Positions 63,774 through 64,000 of a stretch of DNA of 64,000 bases are shown one piece after another; position 1 is the first letter of the stretch; the number at the start of each line of letters is the position of its first letter. The position numbers were made by a program, and so were the translations under genes. Source of the DNA: Ginglymostoma cirratum (taxonomy: Eukaryota). The notes under the pieces are model-generated. The model was given only the letters and a program-made list of their open reading frames with translations. It was not told the DNA's origin and searched no databases. The stretch covers positions 23,113,915-23,177,914 of the forward strand of contig JAHRHZ010000271.1 of assembly GCA_024137785.1 (NCBI GenBank), given 5' to 3'.

Positions 63774-64000
63774 GTAAGTCTTGTTTATGCTTTTTTTAAA
63801 AAAAAATGAGAAGTAAGTTTTGTTAGTGTCAAATAAATCTCTGACTGTAAATGTATCCATATTTGGCAAGAAATATTCCCATGCGTCACTGGATGATTTA
63901 ATGCAATTCTGAAAACATAACATAACATAATTGCATTTATTTTGTTCATGTATCAATATTTGGTTTGAAATACTCTGCAGTACGCTGAAGAGTGGAATTT

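Noticed and set aside
1-64000. CRISPR array, operon, phage or other prokaryotic system; intact transposon ORF
   Set aside because: The window is spliced eukaryotic gene sequence. There is no regularly spaced repeat-spacer array, and all RT remnants are frameshifted.

Overview
This window is AT-rich vertebrate genomic DNA. The repeat families point to a cartilaginous fish, probably a shark (inference). It lies entirely inside one + strand gene, neuron navigator 1 (NAV1). I can trace seven phase-compatible GT-AG coding exons: 18287-18992, 34181-34615, 47243-47284, 50999-51120, a 24-nt microexon at 54183-54206, 55288-55473 and 63721-63773. Together they give 1568 nt, and the start and stop codons lie outside the window. 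Four of these exons are invisible in the ORF track. The introns hold decayed CR1/L2-clade LINEs, tRNA-derived SINEs, a Tc1/mariner-type MITE and a probable solo LTR. The most striking pattern is about 15 short, often fold-back (palindromic) insertions, many with 9-17 bp target-site duplications. They carry minimal hammerhead-ribozyme cores (CUGANGA-stem II-GAAA-YGUH) of the kind known from Penelope-like retroelements. One ~530-bp nested palindrome sits between the microexon and the next exon. There is a 400-N assembly gap at 777-1176. All homology calls come from recalled sequences compared by eye; no searches were run.
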